Shown in pieces: positions 49,802 to 61,842 of a stretch of 64,000 bases of DNA. Below the pieces are notes generated by a model. It had not been told where the DNA came from and searched no databases. It worked only from the letters and a program-made list of their open reading frames with translations. Each line of letters begins with the position of its first letter. Position 1 is the stretch's first letter. The stretch is from positions 164,310 through 228,309 of the forward strand of contig CDMY01000989.1 in assembly GCA_001179505.1 (NCBI GenBank), written 5' to 3'. The position numbers were made by a program, and so were the translations under genes. This stretch comes from Vitrella brassicaformis CCMP3155. Its lineage: Eukaryota; Protista; Chromerida.

Positions 49802-51147
49802 CTACTCCTCGTCTGTGAAGTCCTTGGAGCTGTACTGCGTCACGGGCGACAGGCGCAGATCCGCCCACGTGCCTGTGATGCCAGAATACACATCCAAAAT
49901 CCTGATCAACCAACCAATCCACACACATGCGCAGCGCACAGAGAGAGTGGAAGGGCGCACAAAGCACAGCACAGCACAGCACGTGAGTGGGTACATGTAT
50001 ATGCGGTGCATGGGTTCCTGCTGGCTGGCTGCTGTACGTACGTGAGCAGATCGAGCTTATAGTGGACTCGTTTGTTGCCCCGGAACCCCTCACCACCACC
50101 GCCGCCCTTCTGCTGCTGCTGCTGCTGCTGCTGGTCATCGCCAGGCGTCCCGCCGGCCGCCACACCGATCTTGCGGAGGCCGTTGAGGACGCGCTTGACC
50201 TCCTGCCGGTCGCGGAAGTCGGGACTGTACACACAGATGACGTACATGGGGCCGCTGGGCGTCAGGGCGCACTTGGAGCAGTTGCCCAGCTGCCCCTTGC
50301 TGGTCGCCAAGGCCACACGACGCCACGCCTCATCTATCATGTCGTCACCTGCATTGCAATGCATGCATCAGCATCACACGGACGGACGGCAACACAACCA
50401 ACAAGACCCAGTAAGTAACATCAATGCATTGCAAAGAGGCCTTCCTTCCCTTGCTTCTGTCTTTCCTTCTCACCCACCGAAGTAGAGGAGCCACTTGCCA
50501 CTGACAAACTTGGTTTCGATGGCCAACTGCGTCAGTTGCTCGAGGGTCTCCTTGCGAATCACCCCCATCTTGGCCCTGGGCTGCTTGAGCTTCTCGCCAC
50601 AGTCGCGCAGAATGGCCTCGCCTCTGGCCTTGATGGCCTTGACCTCCTCCTCCGAGAACTCATGCTCAGGCCGGCCGCCGTCATGCCACACCCACCGCCA
50701 CCCGCGATGCAGCGTCTCGTGCACCTGATGGCTGGCGCGTGTGCTGCTGGGGTTGGCCAGGGGCAGATGCGATGAATGGTTGTCGCTGGGCGGGGCGGGA
50801 TGGGCCTGCTGCTGCTGCTGCTGATGGGTGCGGTCCGCCCCAGCGTTGATCTCCCTCATCAGCTGCATCGCCAGGGCATGGTCGGCATCCTCCTGGCGCT
50901 TGCGGCGACGCTCCTCGTCCGTCATGAAGGCATCCAGGTCCATGGCGGTGGGCTGGGAGGGACCTGCCGGCGCTGCGGCCGCTGCAGCAGATGCCGATGC
51001 ACTCACGGCGGGTGCGGTGGCGTCGGCTGTGGTCTTGGCGGCCTTGGCCTCCTTCTCGCCCTCCTCCTTGCGCTTCAGGTACTCCTCATTTTTGCGCTTG
51101 CGAATCTCCATCAGCTGCTGGTCCATGAGCGATGACTCCGCGTACAA
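49802..51147 (-). CDS. UPF0696/C11orf68 (Bles03, DUF1917)-like protein with an N-terminal extension; start codon uncertain
   Basis: FVSGKWLLY, IDEAWRRVALAT..GQL, VICVYSPDFRDRQEVKRV, HYKLDLLTY|LDVYSG..PVTQYSS match the family motifs. Stop TAG at 49802. Confidence 0.8.
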
Positions 51148-51629
51148 GTGATCACCACAGGCAGCTAAACAGCTCAGGTAGGAAGATACCCCTCGCGCGG
51201 TCTGTAAGCTGAGCGCGCAAATGGTGAAAAGGAAAGATCTCCGCTTCTCACGGGCTTTTGTGACCTTTCACGCGTCCATTTAGTCGACTCAAGTTGTACG
51301 TGAGGCAGTATGCACAGACCAGTTGGGCTNNNNNNNNNNNNNNNNNNNNNNNNNNNNNNNNNNNNNNNNNNNNNNNNNNNNNNNNNNNNNNNNNNNNNNN
51401 NNNNNNNNNNNNNNNNNNNNNNNNNNNNNNNNNNNNNNNNNNNNNNNNNNNNNNNNNNNNNNNNNNNNNNNNNNNNNNNNNNNNNNNNNNNNNNNNNNNN
51501 NNNNNNNNNNNNNNNNNNNNNNNNNNNNNNNNNNNNNNNNNNNNNNNNNNNNNNNNNNNNNNNNNNNNNNNNNNNNNNNNNNNNNNNNNNNNNNNNNNNN
51601 NNNNNNNNNNNNNNNNNNNNNNNNNNNNN

Positions 51630-52020
51630 CACACAAATGACATGAGGACAGCATCCATCCATCCATCCCTTCCTCCCTCTCTCTCCCGTTCTGTCGTGTG
51701 ATGCCTGTACCTTCGCCTTGGCCTCGTCGAGTTGGTGCTTGTCCGCCTTGAGCTGCTTGAGATGCGCGCGGGCAGAATCGTGAGCCTGACGCACACACAT
51801 TCATGCATTTGTGAGTGGTTGGGTTGGGTTGGTGGTTGTGAGTGTCGGTGTCTCACCTCTTTTGCAGCCTGGCAGTTCTTTCGTTCCTGGTCGATTTGAT
51901 TTTTGAGTATGAGTATCCGTGACTTGGCGTCGAGTACTTGGCCCTCGATCTTCTGCGTCTGCTCAGATGTCTTCTTGGTCTTGGCGTGGATCCATGTCCT
52001 TGAGCTGCTGCTGCTTGGCC
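51630..52020 (-). repeat. Duplicate of ~63610-64000 (fragment of the coiled-coil gene)
   Basis: Appears identical by eye from cacacaaatgacatgaggacag to ctgcttggcc. Confidence 0.9.
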
Positions 52021-54135
52021 TCGATGGACTCACGCACCATACGGATCGACTTGAGCATCGCCGCCTTGCTCTCCTCCTGACACCATACACACACACATAG
52101 ACGGATGACGGATGACACACAGACGACATGCAGGGAATGAGGATTTGTGACATCACCCGACCCGTTGCTTGAGCTTCTTCTCCTTCTGCACACGAACCTT
52201 CTCAATGCCATCTGATGATACAAGAGCAGTGCGTCAGGTGGCTTTTTGTGTAGGTGGTCTTGTTGCCTTCTGTGCCGACAAACACAAACGCCTGAAAGGC
52301 CATCTGTGCAAGGCTGGTTCTCGCCTTGGCAGTCATCTCGGGTTTGGGCCTGCTGCTGCTGCACCTTTCAGGCTGGTCAGCCCCAGCGTTGATCTCCCTC
52401 ATCAGCTGCATCGCCAGGGCATGGTCGGCATCCTCCTGGCGCTTGCGGCGACGCTCCTCGTCCGTCATGAAGGCATCCAGGTCCATGGCGGTGGGCTGGG
52501 AGGGACCTGCCGGCGCTGCGGCCGCTGCAGCAGATGCCGATGCGCTCACGCTGGATGGGCGGCGCCTGTTGTGGTCTTGGCGGCCTTGGCCTCCTTCTCG
52601 CCCTCCTCCTTGCGCTTCAGGTACTCCTCATTTTTGCGCTTGCGAATCTCCATCAGCTGCTGGTCCATGAGCGATGACTCCGCGTACAAGTGATCACCAC
52701 AGGCAGCTAAACAGCTCAGGTAGGAAGATACCCCTCGCGCGGTCTGTAAGCTGAGCGCGCAAATGGTGAAAAGGAAAGATCTCCGCTTCTCACGGGCTTT
52801 TGTGACCTTTCACGCGTCCATTTAGTCGACTCAAGTTGTACGTGAGGCAGTATGCACAGACCAGTTGGGCTGGCTCTGCTGCACAAACCCACTGCAGCAG
52901 AGGCTCCCCATGGATTCATCCATCTGCAGCGGAGATACAAGTGAGATCCACACACACGCCTGATCTCTCTCGTCGTGGCCTCGGTTCATGTGGTCTACTG
53001 TGTTTGTTGACGGCTGCAGGCATCCGGCACGGAGGAAGCGGCCGAAAAGGTGGGAGCCGCCGCGGACCAAGCCGCTGGACATCGAGCGGAAGATCAAGAA
53101 CCCCATTCTGCACGACCAGGCAAGTGGCAGTGGCCTCTTCCAGTTATGATGTCAATCAACGGATGAGTGGTCTGACTGACATGTGTCTGTCCGCAGAGGA
53201 TGGGCAGCGTCGAGACGCTCATGGAGGNNNNNNNNNNNNNNNNNNNNNNNNNNNNNNNNNNNNNNNNNNNNNNNNNNNNNNNNNNNNNNNNNNNNNNNNN
53301 NNNNNNNNNNNNNNNNNNNNNNNNNNNNNNNNNNNNNNNNNNNNNNNNNNNNNNNNNNNNNNNNNNNNNNNNNNNNNNNNNNNNNNNNNNNNNNNNNNNN
53401 NNNNNNNNNNNNNNNNNNNNNNNNNNNNNNNNNNNNNNNNNNNNNNNNNNNNNNNNNNNNNNNNNNNNNNNNNNNNNNNNNNNNNNNNNNNNNNNNNNNN
53501 NNNNNNNNNNNNNNNNNNNNNNNNNNNGCCCCAGCGTTGATCTCCCTCATCAGCTGCATCGCCAGGGCATGGTCGGCATCCTCCTGGCGCTTGCGGCGAC
53601 GCTCCTCGTCCGTCATGAAGGCATCCAGGTCCATGGCGGTGGGCTGGGAGGGACCTGCCGGCGCTGCGGCCGCTGCAGCAGATGCCGATGCGCTCACGCT
53701 GGATGGGCGGCGCCTGTTGTGGTCTTGGCGGCCTTGGCCTCCTTCTCGCCCTCCTCCTTGCGCTTCAGGTACTCCTCATTTTTGCGCTTGCGAATCTCCA
53801 TCAGCTGCTGGTCCATGAGCGATGACTCCGCGTACAAGTGATCACCACAGGCAGCTAAACAGCTCAGGTAGGAAGATACCCCTCGCGCGGTCTGTAAGCT
53901 GAGCGCGCAAATGGTGAAAAGGAAAGATCTCCGCTTCTCACGGGCTTTTGTGACCTTTCACGCGTCCATTTAGTCGACTCAAGTTGTACGTGAGGCAGTA
54001 TGCACAGACCAGTTGGGCTGGCTCTGCTGCACAAACCCACTGCAGCAGAGGCTCCCCATGGATTCATCCATCTGCAGCGGAGATACAAGTGAGATCCACA
54101 CACACGCCTGATCTCTCTCGTCGTGGCTTCCGTTC

Positions 54136-55322
54136 ATGTGGTCTGCTGTGTTTGTTGACGGCTGCAGGCATCCGGCACGGAGGAAGCGGCCGAAAAGGTG
54201 GGAGCCGCCACGGACCAAGCCGCTGGACATCGAGCGGAAGATCAAGAACCCCATTCTGCACGACCAGGCAAGTGGCAGTGACCTCTTCCAGTTATGATGT
54301 CAATCAACGGATGAGTGGTCTGACTGACATGTGTCTGTCCGCAGAGGATGGGCAGCGTCGAGACGCTCATGGAGGGCGAGCTCTTCACGCCCGAGTCGTG
54401 CAAGGCCCGGAAGCTCGCCATGCTCTTCAACCGCCTCCACTACTTCGGCTATGCCAACAAGATGCCCGAGCTGGTCCACCGATACGCCGACAGGGCGGTG
54501 CTGCTGGCGCCTGGCATGATGCCCAGGCAGTTTGCTCTGGTGCTCAACTCGCTGGCCAGGGCGGACCAACGGCACGATGGGCTGCTGGAGACCTTCGCGC
54601 GGCACATCCCTCCGCACCTCCCTGACTTCGTGCCGCAGGACCTCTCACTCACCTGCAACGCTTATGGCAAGCTGCTGCTGCTACCTGCGTCGAGTGACGA
54701 AGCACCTACTGGCCGGCAGGGCGGCATGCAGCACCAGAAGGGAAAAGGTGATGACGACCTTTCTCCTCTGGTAGCGGAGGAGAGCTCTGGGGTCTACTTG
54801 GGTCAGGGGCCGCCCCCCCGCCCCTCGACCTCTCCCCTCGTCAAGCGGCTCTTCAGGCGCATGGCGGAGGAGATCCCCCACAAGCTGCCCTACTTCGAGC
54901 CAAGGCACGTATCGTCCGTGGCCAACGGATACGCAAAGCTCAACTTCCGCGACCAGGTGCTGTTCGACGACATTGCCGATGAGGCCCTCTCACGGCTGGA
55001 GGAGTTCGGTGCCTGGCCGCTGTCCAACCTCATGCACGCTTTTGCGAGGGTGGGCTATGGCAAGCAACGCTTCTGGGTGGCGGCAATGGAGCGGGCGCAG
55101 GAGAGCCTCACAATGCAGGGGGCTGCCGGTGGTTATGGAGATACTGAGGCGAGCGACCATCCTCTGGCCTACGTGATGGTGACCTATGCGGTTGGCAAGG
55201 CGGGCATCCGGCAGGAGGCCTTCCTCGACTGGATGGCCGAGCGGCTGCTTGAGAGGCTGCCCGAGCTCCCACCCGAGACGCTGGGCGTCATTGTCAACGC
55301 ATATGCGAGGCTCGATCGGTTC
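54136..55322 (+). CDS. Helical-repeat organellar RNA-binding protein (HPR/OPR, RAP/FASTK-like), truncated by the gap
   Basis: An Arg-rich presequence exon (MWSAVFVDGCRHPARRKRPKRW..) and a GC-AG intron (54268-54344) precede repeats of type PRQFALVLNSLAR / PQDLSLTCNAYGK / PRHVSSVANGYAK / AWPLSNLMHAFAR / PETLGVIVNAYAR. Confidence 0.75.
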
Positions 55323-56426
55323 NNNNNNNNNNNNNNNNNNNNNNNNNNNNNNNNNNNNNNNNNNNNNNNNNNNNNNNNNNNNNNNNNNNNNNNNNNNNNN
55401 NNNNNNNNNNNNNNNNNNNNNNNNNNNNNNNNNNNNNNNNNNNNNNNNNNNNNNNNNNNNNNNNNNNNNNNNNNNNNNNNNNNNNNNNNNNNNNNNNNNN
55501 NNNNNNNNNNNNNNNNNNNNNNNNNNNNNNNNNNNNNNNNNNNNNNNNNNNNNNNNNNNNNNNNNNNNNNNNNNNNNNNNNNNNNNNNNNNNNNNNNNNN
55601 NNNNNNNNNNNNNNNNNNNNNNCGCTGGATGGGCGGCGCCTGTTGTGGTCTTGGCGGCCTTGGCCTCCTTCTCGCCCTCCTCCTTGCGCTTCAGGTACTC
55701 CTCATTTTTGCGCTTGCGAATCTCCATCAGCTGCTGGTCCATGAGCGATGACTCCGCGTACAAGTGATCACCACAGGCAGCTAAACAGCTCAGGTAGGAA
55801 GATACCCCTCGCGCGGTCTGTAAGCTGAGCGCGCAAATGGTGAAAAGGAAAGATCTCCGCTTCTCACGGGCTTTTGTGACCTTTCACGCGTCCATTTAGT
55901 CGACTCAAGTTGTACGTGAGGCAGTATGCACAGACCAGTTGGGCTGGCTCTGCTGCACAAACCCACTGCAGCAGAGGCTCCCCATGGATTCATCCATCTG
56001 CAGCGGAGATACAAGTGAGATCCACACACACGCCTGATCTCTCTCGTCGTGGCTTCCGTTCATGTGGTCTGCTGTGTTTGTTGACGGCTGCAGGCATCCG
56101 GCACGGAGGAAGCGGCCGAAAAGGTGGGAGCCGCCACGGACCAAGCCGCTGGACATCGAGCGGAAGATCAAGAACCCCATTCTGCACGACCAGGCAAGTG
56201 GCAGTGACCTCTTCCAGTTATGATGTCAATCAACGGATGAGTGGTCTGACTGACATGTGTCTGTCCGCAGAGGATGGGCAGCGTCGAGACGCTCATGGAG
56301 GGCGAGTCTTCACGCCCGAGTCATGGAAGTTCGTGTTTTCCCCCCCCCCGCCTCATCAGAGGAAGTATCTTTGCAAGGATCGCGACGTTCTATTGCTGAC
56401 CCCCATCCCCCCTTTTGCTCGGCCCC

Positions 56427-57041
56427 ATGATGTCGAAGCTGTCGAAGCTTTCGTCGCTTACAACACCCAGCCCCTTCATCCCCGCCCCTTGCAAGACCAC
56501 CGGACCGCAGCAGAGCCGCAGCAGTGACCGCAAACCCGCGAAGGACGGGAAAGTTCCCTCTGAGACGCATCGGCGCCGCGCTGAGGACTCGGCAGTGGGG
56601 GTGAAGGAGGCGGCTCTGCCTCAGGCCGACAGCACTCGGGTGCCCACTGTGGACACGGGCAACAGCACTCCCGTCGAGCCGCCGACCGTGCCCCCGCTGC
56701 TCGAGGTTCCTATCGACTATGGCGCCATGCATGCGGCTGCACTCCAGCGTTCATTCGTGTCGCCGCCCCCATCGCATTGTCCTCCCGTGCCACTGCTGCC
56801 GCTACCCGTCATCGGTGACCCCCGGCTGATGTCCTCATATCCGCCTTTCTCAGCCCCTCGCACACGCCTGCATTCCGAGACCGTCAAAAAGCTCATATCG
56901 TTCGAGGACATTCCCACAGGGCACCTCATCCCTGTGTATATGTTTTTCGGCGCACCTGTGGCTCTGTCCGAGGCCAAGTGGGTGGCTGATTTGGCGGCCA
57001 TGGGGCTCAAGGCGAGGATGAGGAGACGGGAGAGGCCGTGA
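56427..57041 (+). CDS. Hypothetical Pro/Ser-rich ORF (~200 aa)
   Basis: An uninterrupted ORF just after the breakpoint of repeat copy 4. No homology recognised. Confidence 0.3.
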   Translation: MMSKLSKLSSLTTPSPFIPAPCKTTGPQQSRSSDRKPAKDGKVPSETHRRRAEDSAVGVKEAALPQADSTRVPTVDTGNSTPVEPPTVPPLLEVPIDYGAMHAAALQRSFVSPPPSHCPPVPLLPLPVIGDPRLMSSYPPFSAPRTRLHSETVKKLISFEDIPTGHLIPVYMFFGAPVALSEAKWVADLAAMGLKARMRRRERP

Positions 57042-57803
57042 CGGGCGGATACTGGGTGGAGACCATGCAGTGACACGACACGATAGCGACACGAGGACAC
57101 AAACACAAAGGAGAGTGTGTGCGGGAATGGTGTGTGTGTGAGAGCGGCTTGGTATGCGGCTGGGTGGATAGATGGATGGGCGGGTCGTGTGTGGTGGGTG
57201 TGAGAGAGCTAATGATAAGGAGGGGGATGTGACGTGACACGTACGTGAACATCTGCCCTGTCTCTCTCGGTGTGATGGATGGCGATGGGAAGGATGGATG
57301 GGGGTTGACGGATGGGTGTGATGGTTTTCAACGAATGCGTGCAGCGCAAGCCTATACAGTAGTAATGCGCTGTGTGCATCCTCAGTGTGCATCACACATG
57401 TCGCTCTCTTCAAATTTGCTCTCTTGCTGTCATACCTGGTGCGAATTTGTGTGTGCGTGTCCAGCTGGGTGCGTGTAGCGATCATGGCCGTGAGCTGCCT
57501 ATTTTTCCTCTCCCTCTTGCACACACGAATGGATGGACACATCGATGTGACAAATGGATGGGTGTGGTGGATGGTGAGCCTCTCTTGCGTGCAGACGGAC
57601 GGATGTACATACAATAGAAAACCAAACAGATTGAGCGGTGTGTGGACAAGTCTGAGATTCTCCTCATACATGCATCATTCAAACACACACACGGACGATT
57701 TGGGGTCTTGCACTGCTTGTCACACATGGAGCACTGATGAATGTACGCACTTCCGATCGTCAGACAGGCGGCCGCGCTCTTCTGTGTGTGTGTAGATGGA
57801 CCC

Positions 57804-60800
57804 TCACAGTTCTCCGAACCATTCGTCTTCGTCTGCGGCCTTGCTGCTCTGGTGGTGCTTGGCAGGGGCGGCCTTGGGCTGCTGCTCCTGCTGCTGGGGC
57901 GGCTTGATCGGCACACTCGCTGCCTTGCGGCCGATGTTGAGTGCCTTCAATGCACACACACAGACACAGACAGAGATGACATGAAAAGATGCCACCACGT
58001 CCAGAGTGTCGCATTGGTGTCTCCTTACCTTTGGTTTCTGCCGCGGCTCGGCTGGTTTGGTGGCTGGCTTGGCAGGTGGCTTGGCATCGGGAGTGGGCTC
58101 CTTCCGTGCCTGATACCATGACACAACAACAGCAAGACGATCCATCCATTCAGCCCCCCCTGTGTGTGTGTGTGTGTGTGTGTGGTAGACTGACTGACCT
58201 GCAGGAGTGCTCTGGGTTTGGCGTGGCCTCGACTGGGTGCGGACGAGGCCACTGACTGGGGGCTGATGTTAGGCTGTTTGGGGTTGGGGTTGGGGGGGTT
58301 GGCGGCCGGAGTGGGAGCAGGTGGCTTGCGGTTGCCGTGTGATCGGTGGCGCTTGAGTTTCTGCGAGATGACGCTCATGGCGGCGGGGCTCTCCTCATCG
58401 GCATCGTCGCCCTTCTGTGCCTCGTCGCGAACACTCGCCCCCCGCACACCTGCATACATCCACACGAAAAGACACACATGGATGCCTGGCCAGCCAGCCA
58501 TCTCTCTCGTGGCTGCTAGCCTACCTGCCCCCTGCTGCTGTTTCTGGATGAGGGACGCATTGGACGCGTTGTCCTGGTTGAGCTGCGCCACCCTCTGCTG
58601 GTTGGGCCTTCGGTACACCTTGAGAGTCTGGTACACCTTGAGAGTCTCCACGACTTGTGTGGGTCGGTGGTTGACTTGCCGCCATTCAGGCGGGTCGTCG
58701 TCGCCGAATGGACGGTACCGCAGGTCGTCCACCACCACAAGACAGCTGCCCAGCACCTCCACGCGCTCGCTGGCTGCTAGCGGCCGCTTGTACTGCATCA
58801 CAACGGCCTCCTCGTCGATGGCTCCGTCTCTCATGATCCCCTCTCTGACCATCATGGCCTGCTGCCTCATCATGTCGGCATCCTCCAACATTTCGTCGGC
58901 CTGCTGCCTCATCTCGGCTGCTTCCTCCTCAATCATCTCGGCCTCAGCCTCGATCTCCATGGCCTCGTCCTCCGCCTCTTCTCGCATCATCATGGCCTCC
59001 TCGTCCTCCACCTCGCAGCCATCATCACACTCCTGGGGCATCGGCTCGCGTGCATCGTCGTCATGCTGATGCATGGGATGGTCAGGTGACACCATGCCCT
59101 CGTGCTGCTGCTGCTGCTGCTGCCTGGCCGGCCCCAAGCGAGACGGCTGGTGCTGCTGGTGCTGCTGGTGGTGGTTGTGGCCGTCATCGGTGCGATAGAT
59201 GAAGGCGCTAAAGTCGGCAGGGCAGGGCTTCTTGGCGGGTGGGGGCGGGGCGGCCGGGGGGACACGGGGCGTGTCGGCATGTGGACGCTTCTGCTGCTGC
59301 TGCTGCTGCTGGGGCGGCTTGATCGGCACACTCGCTGCCTTGCGGCCGATGTTGAACCCGAGCGCCTTCAATCCACACACACAGACAGAGACAGAGATGA
59401 AATGAAAAGATGCCACCACGTCCAGAGTGTCGCATTGGTGTCTCCTTACCTTTGGTTTCTGCCGCGGCTCGGCTGGTTTGGTGGCTGGCTTGGCAGGTGG
59501 CTTTGCATCGGGAGTGGGCTCCTTCCGTGCCTGATACCATGACACAACAACAGCAAGACGATCCATCCATTCAGCCCCCCCTGTGTGTGTGTGTGTGTGT
59601 GGTAGACTGACTGACCTGCAGGAGTGCTTTGAGTTTGCCCTTCGCCTGGCCCCCTGCACCAGCAGCAGCAGCACCAGCAGCAGCACCAGCAGCACCAGCA
59701 GCAGCACCAGCAGCAGCACCAGCAGCAGCACCAGCTGCTGCTGCAGGTGCGTCGCCGATGGGGAGGAAGGGCAGCTTGGTCTGCTTCTTGGCTGCCTGGG
59801 CGGGGGGCGTCTGTGCGGCGTTGGCAGGGAAGGGTTGGTGCGTGTGTGGGTGTAGGTCTCCAGTGGCGATGCCGTGTGCGATGTGGTCGGCCAGCCAGGG
59901 ACCGAGGAAGTCGATGTCGTCGAAACCGTGAGAGGGGTTGTCGGGGATGGGGTGCACGCGAGCCAGGCATTGCTGATGGACGCAGTGGAGACGCAGCAGG
60001 GTTGGGTGAGAGGTGTGTCCCCCTGGTGATGGTGTGGTGGTGTGGTGGTTTTGGGATACGCGCGTACGTGTCTAGGGTCGTATACGGTTTGGTGTGCGAA
60101 GGTCATCTTGGCCTGCGCGTAGCCGACGTCGTCGTCGTGCGGCACACTCAGACCCTGCAGGCGCATCGCTTTCATGATCCGCACACACACACAGCACGGC
60201 ACAGGGGGGATGCGCGGGATGCGGGCGGATCGGTCACCTCAACCAGACACTTATTCCCTCACTCCCTCACTGCCTCACCTTAGCGACGTCTGTCTTGAAC
60301 TGTCCCGCGAGTTCGGCAGCGTTCTTGATGCCGACCTTGTCCACGCTGCAGAGGTAGTCGCACCCAGCCATGATGCACACCTGCTGAAACAGATCTGATC
60401 AACGAATGGGAAGGAACAATGACACACAGAGAACGTTCCAGCCACCGGCGCGCGTGTGTATGTGCGTGTGTGTGAGCACCGACCGTGTGAGTATCTGCCG
60501 AGTGTCTTGAAGTCTCTGGCCTGCGGGATGTCCTTGAGGTCGATCAGACGGCCGCGGCCGCTCTCATCGTACTTGTACAGCACCTGAAGGCATGGCATTC
60601 ATCAAGGAGCCAAACCAACAGAGGCAGGAACACACACACGTTGTGTGTCGGCGTGGGTCCAGGTAGGTACCTTTGGGCATCCGTAAACGAGCAGGTCAGA
60701 GTCCTCAGAGATCACCAGCGACACCCATCCTATCAACTGCACACACACAACCACACACACATCTCCACCACGGCAGCAGCTCGGCTGTCGCCGTCTGTGT

Positions 60801-61561
60801 GGCTTCGGTTGGCTCACCGCTAAGAAGGTCATCTGTGCGCCCGCTTCGTAAGGTGCTACAATGAACTCGATATTCTTGGCACGCAGACGCTACCAACACA
60901 CCACAACAGGGAGGGGAGGGCACCACTACACGGTGCAATGCATCCTCCCCTCCCTCCCCTCCATCTCACTACCAGCAGCTCATGGGCTGCTCGGCAGTGA
61001 TCGTTACGGCCTGGGCGAAGAACTGCACAACACACACACACCCACACACACACATACTCATACACAGCACAACCACGACGCCTCCCGCGGTGTATAGGTG
61101 TGTGGCGAATGCATTGGTTGACTGACTGACCTTGTGAGCCTCCTCCATCTTTTGCATCTTCATGAGGCCCTTAGCCTTGTCACGGGCCTCACGACGGGAC
61201 CTGAACACCGCACACCACACCACCACACACCGACAGACAACCATCACAACACAGACAGTACAACAAACACACCTCCCTCCCCAGCCCCCTCCCGTCTGAG
61301 TGAGTGAGCTCACTGTTCCCGCCGCTGGTTCTCTTCGGCCTTGGCGGGCAGCGAACCACCGTCGAACACGACCACCTGCGCGAACGAGTATATATGAAGC
61401 GATGACAGACAGATCCGCCGGGTGTGTGTGTGTGTGTGTGTGGGTACCGGTGTGAGGCCGAATTCTATGAGTGAGTCGATTCGCCTGATGCAGTAGTCGA
61501 TGTGTCGGGTGGTCGGCTCCCCCAACACCAACGCCTTGGCACAGCTGTACGCACCCTGCAT

Positions 61562-61595
<34 letters not shown>

Positions 61596-61842
61596 CCTCC
61601 ATCGACTCGATTAATCGTCATCAATGGTTCTCTCTGTGCATATATCTCACCTTGTGGAGCCAAGACGAAGCCTATCACATCACACACACGCCCAGCACAC
61701 AGAGGCAGATGCATCTCCGAAACGTCCTTTAGGTGTGCGTGTGTCGCCTCACATCGATGGCAACTCGTTGCCCATTGAATGCGGTGATGTGAACGTCAAA
61801 CTGCACGCCCTCCAAGGCCTCCAACAGGCCCTGGATACCCAT
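57804..61842 (-). pseudogene. EXO1: Exonuclease 1 (XPG/Rad2 family) with an apparent 1-nt deletion and an EADAQ-to-EAGAQ change
   Basis: MGIQGLLEAL..QRVAID|ASSWLHK|GAYSCA..VVVFDGGSLPAK..IVAPYEAGAQM..ISEDSDLL..AGCDYL..TFAHQTVYDP. The frame breaks at ~60985: ITAEQPMSCW* versus the expected ITAEQAHELLV. Confidence 0.8.
57880..59629 (-). repeat. ~330-bp direct repeat inside the EXO1 tail (57880-58211 and 59292-59629)
   Basis: Both copies contain the exon ARKEPTPDAKPPAKPATKPAEPRQKPK, the exon start AL..NIGRKAASVPIKPPQQQ and near-identical introns. Confidence 0.92.

Larger units (their letters stand above)
50850..56320. repeat. Four tandem copies of a divergent-promoter unit (UPF0696 5' part on -, HPR-gene 5' part on +) at ~50850-51329, 52378-53227, 53528-54372 and 55623-56320
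   Basis: Near-identical blocks give the same ORF translations repeatedly. The copies are separated mostly by 300-N gaps and differ by SNPs and indels. Confidence 0.9.

Noticed and set aside
58025-60202. 725-aa ORF on the - strand read as a single giant exon
   Set aside because: It is a chance open frame running through EXO1 introns and low-complexity tail exons.
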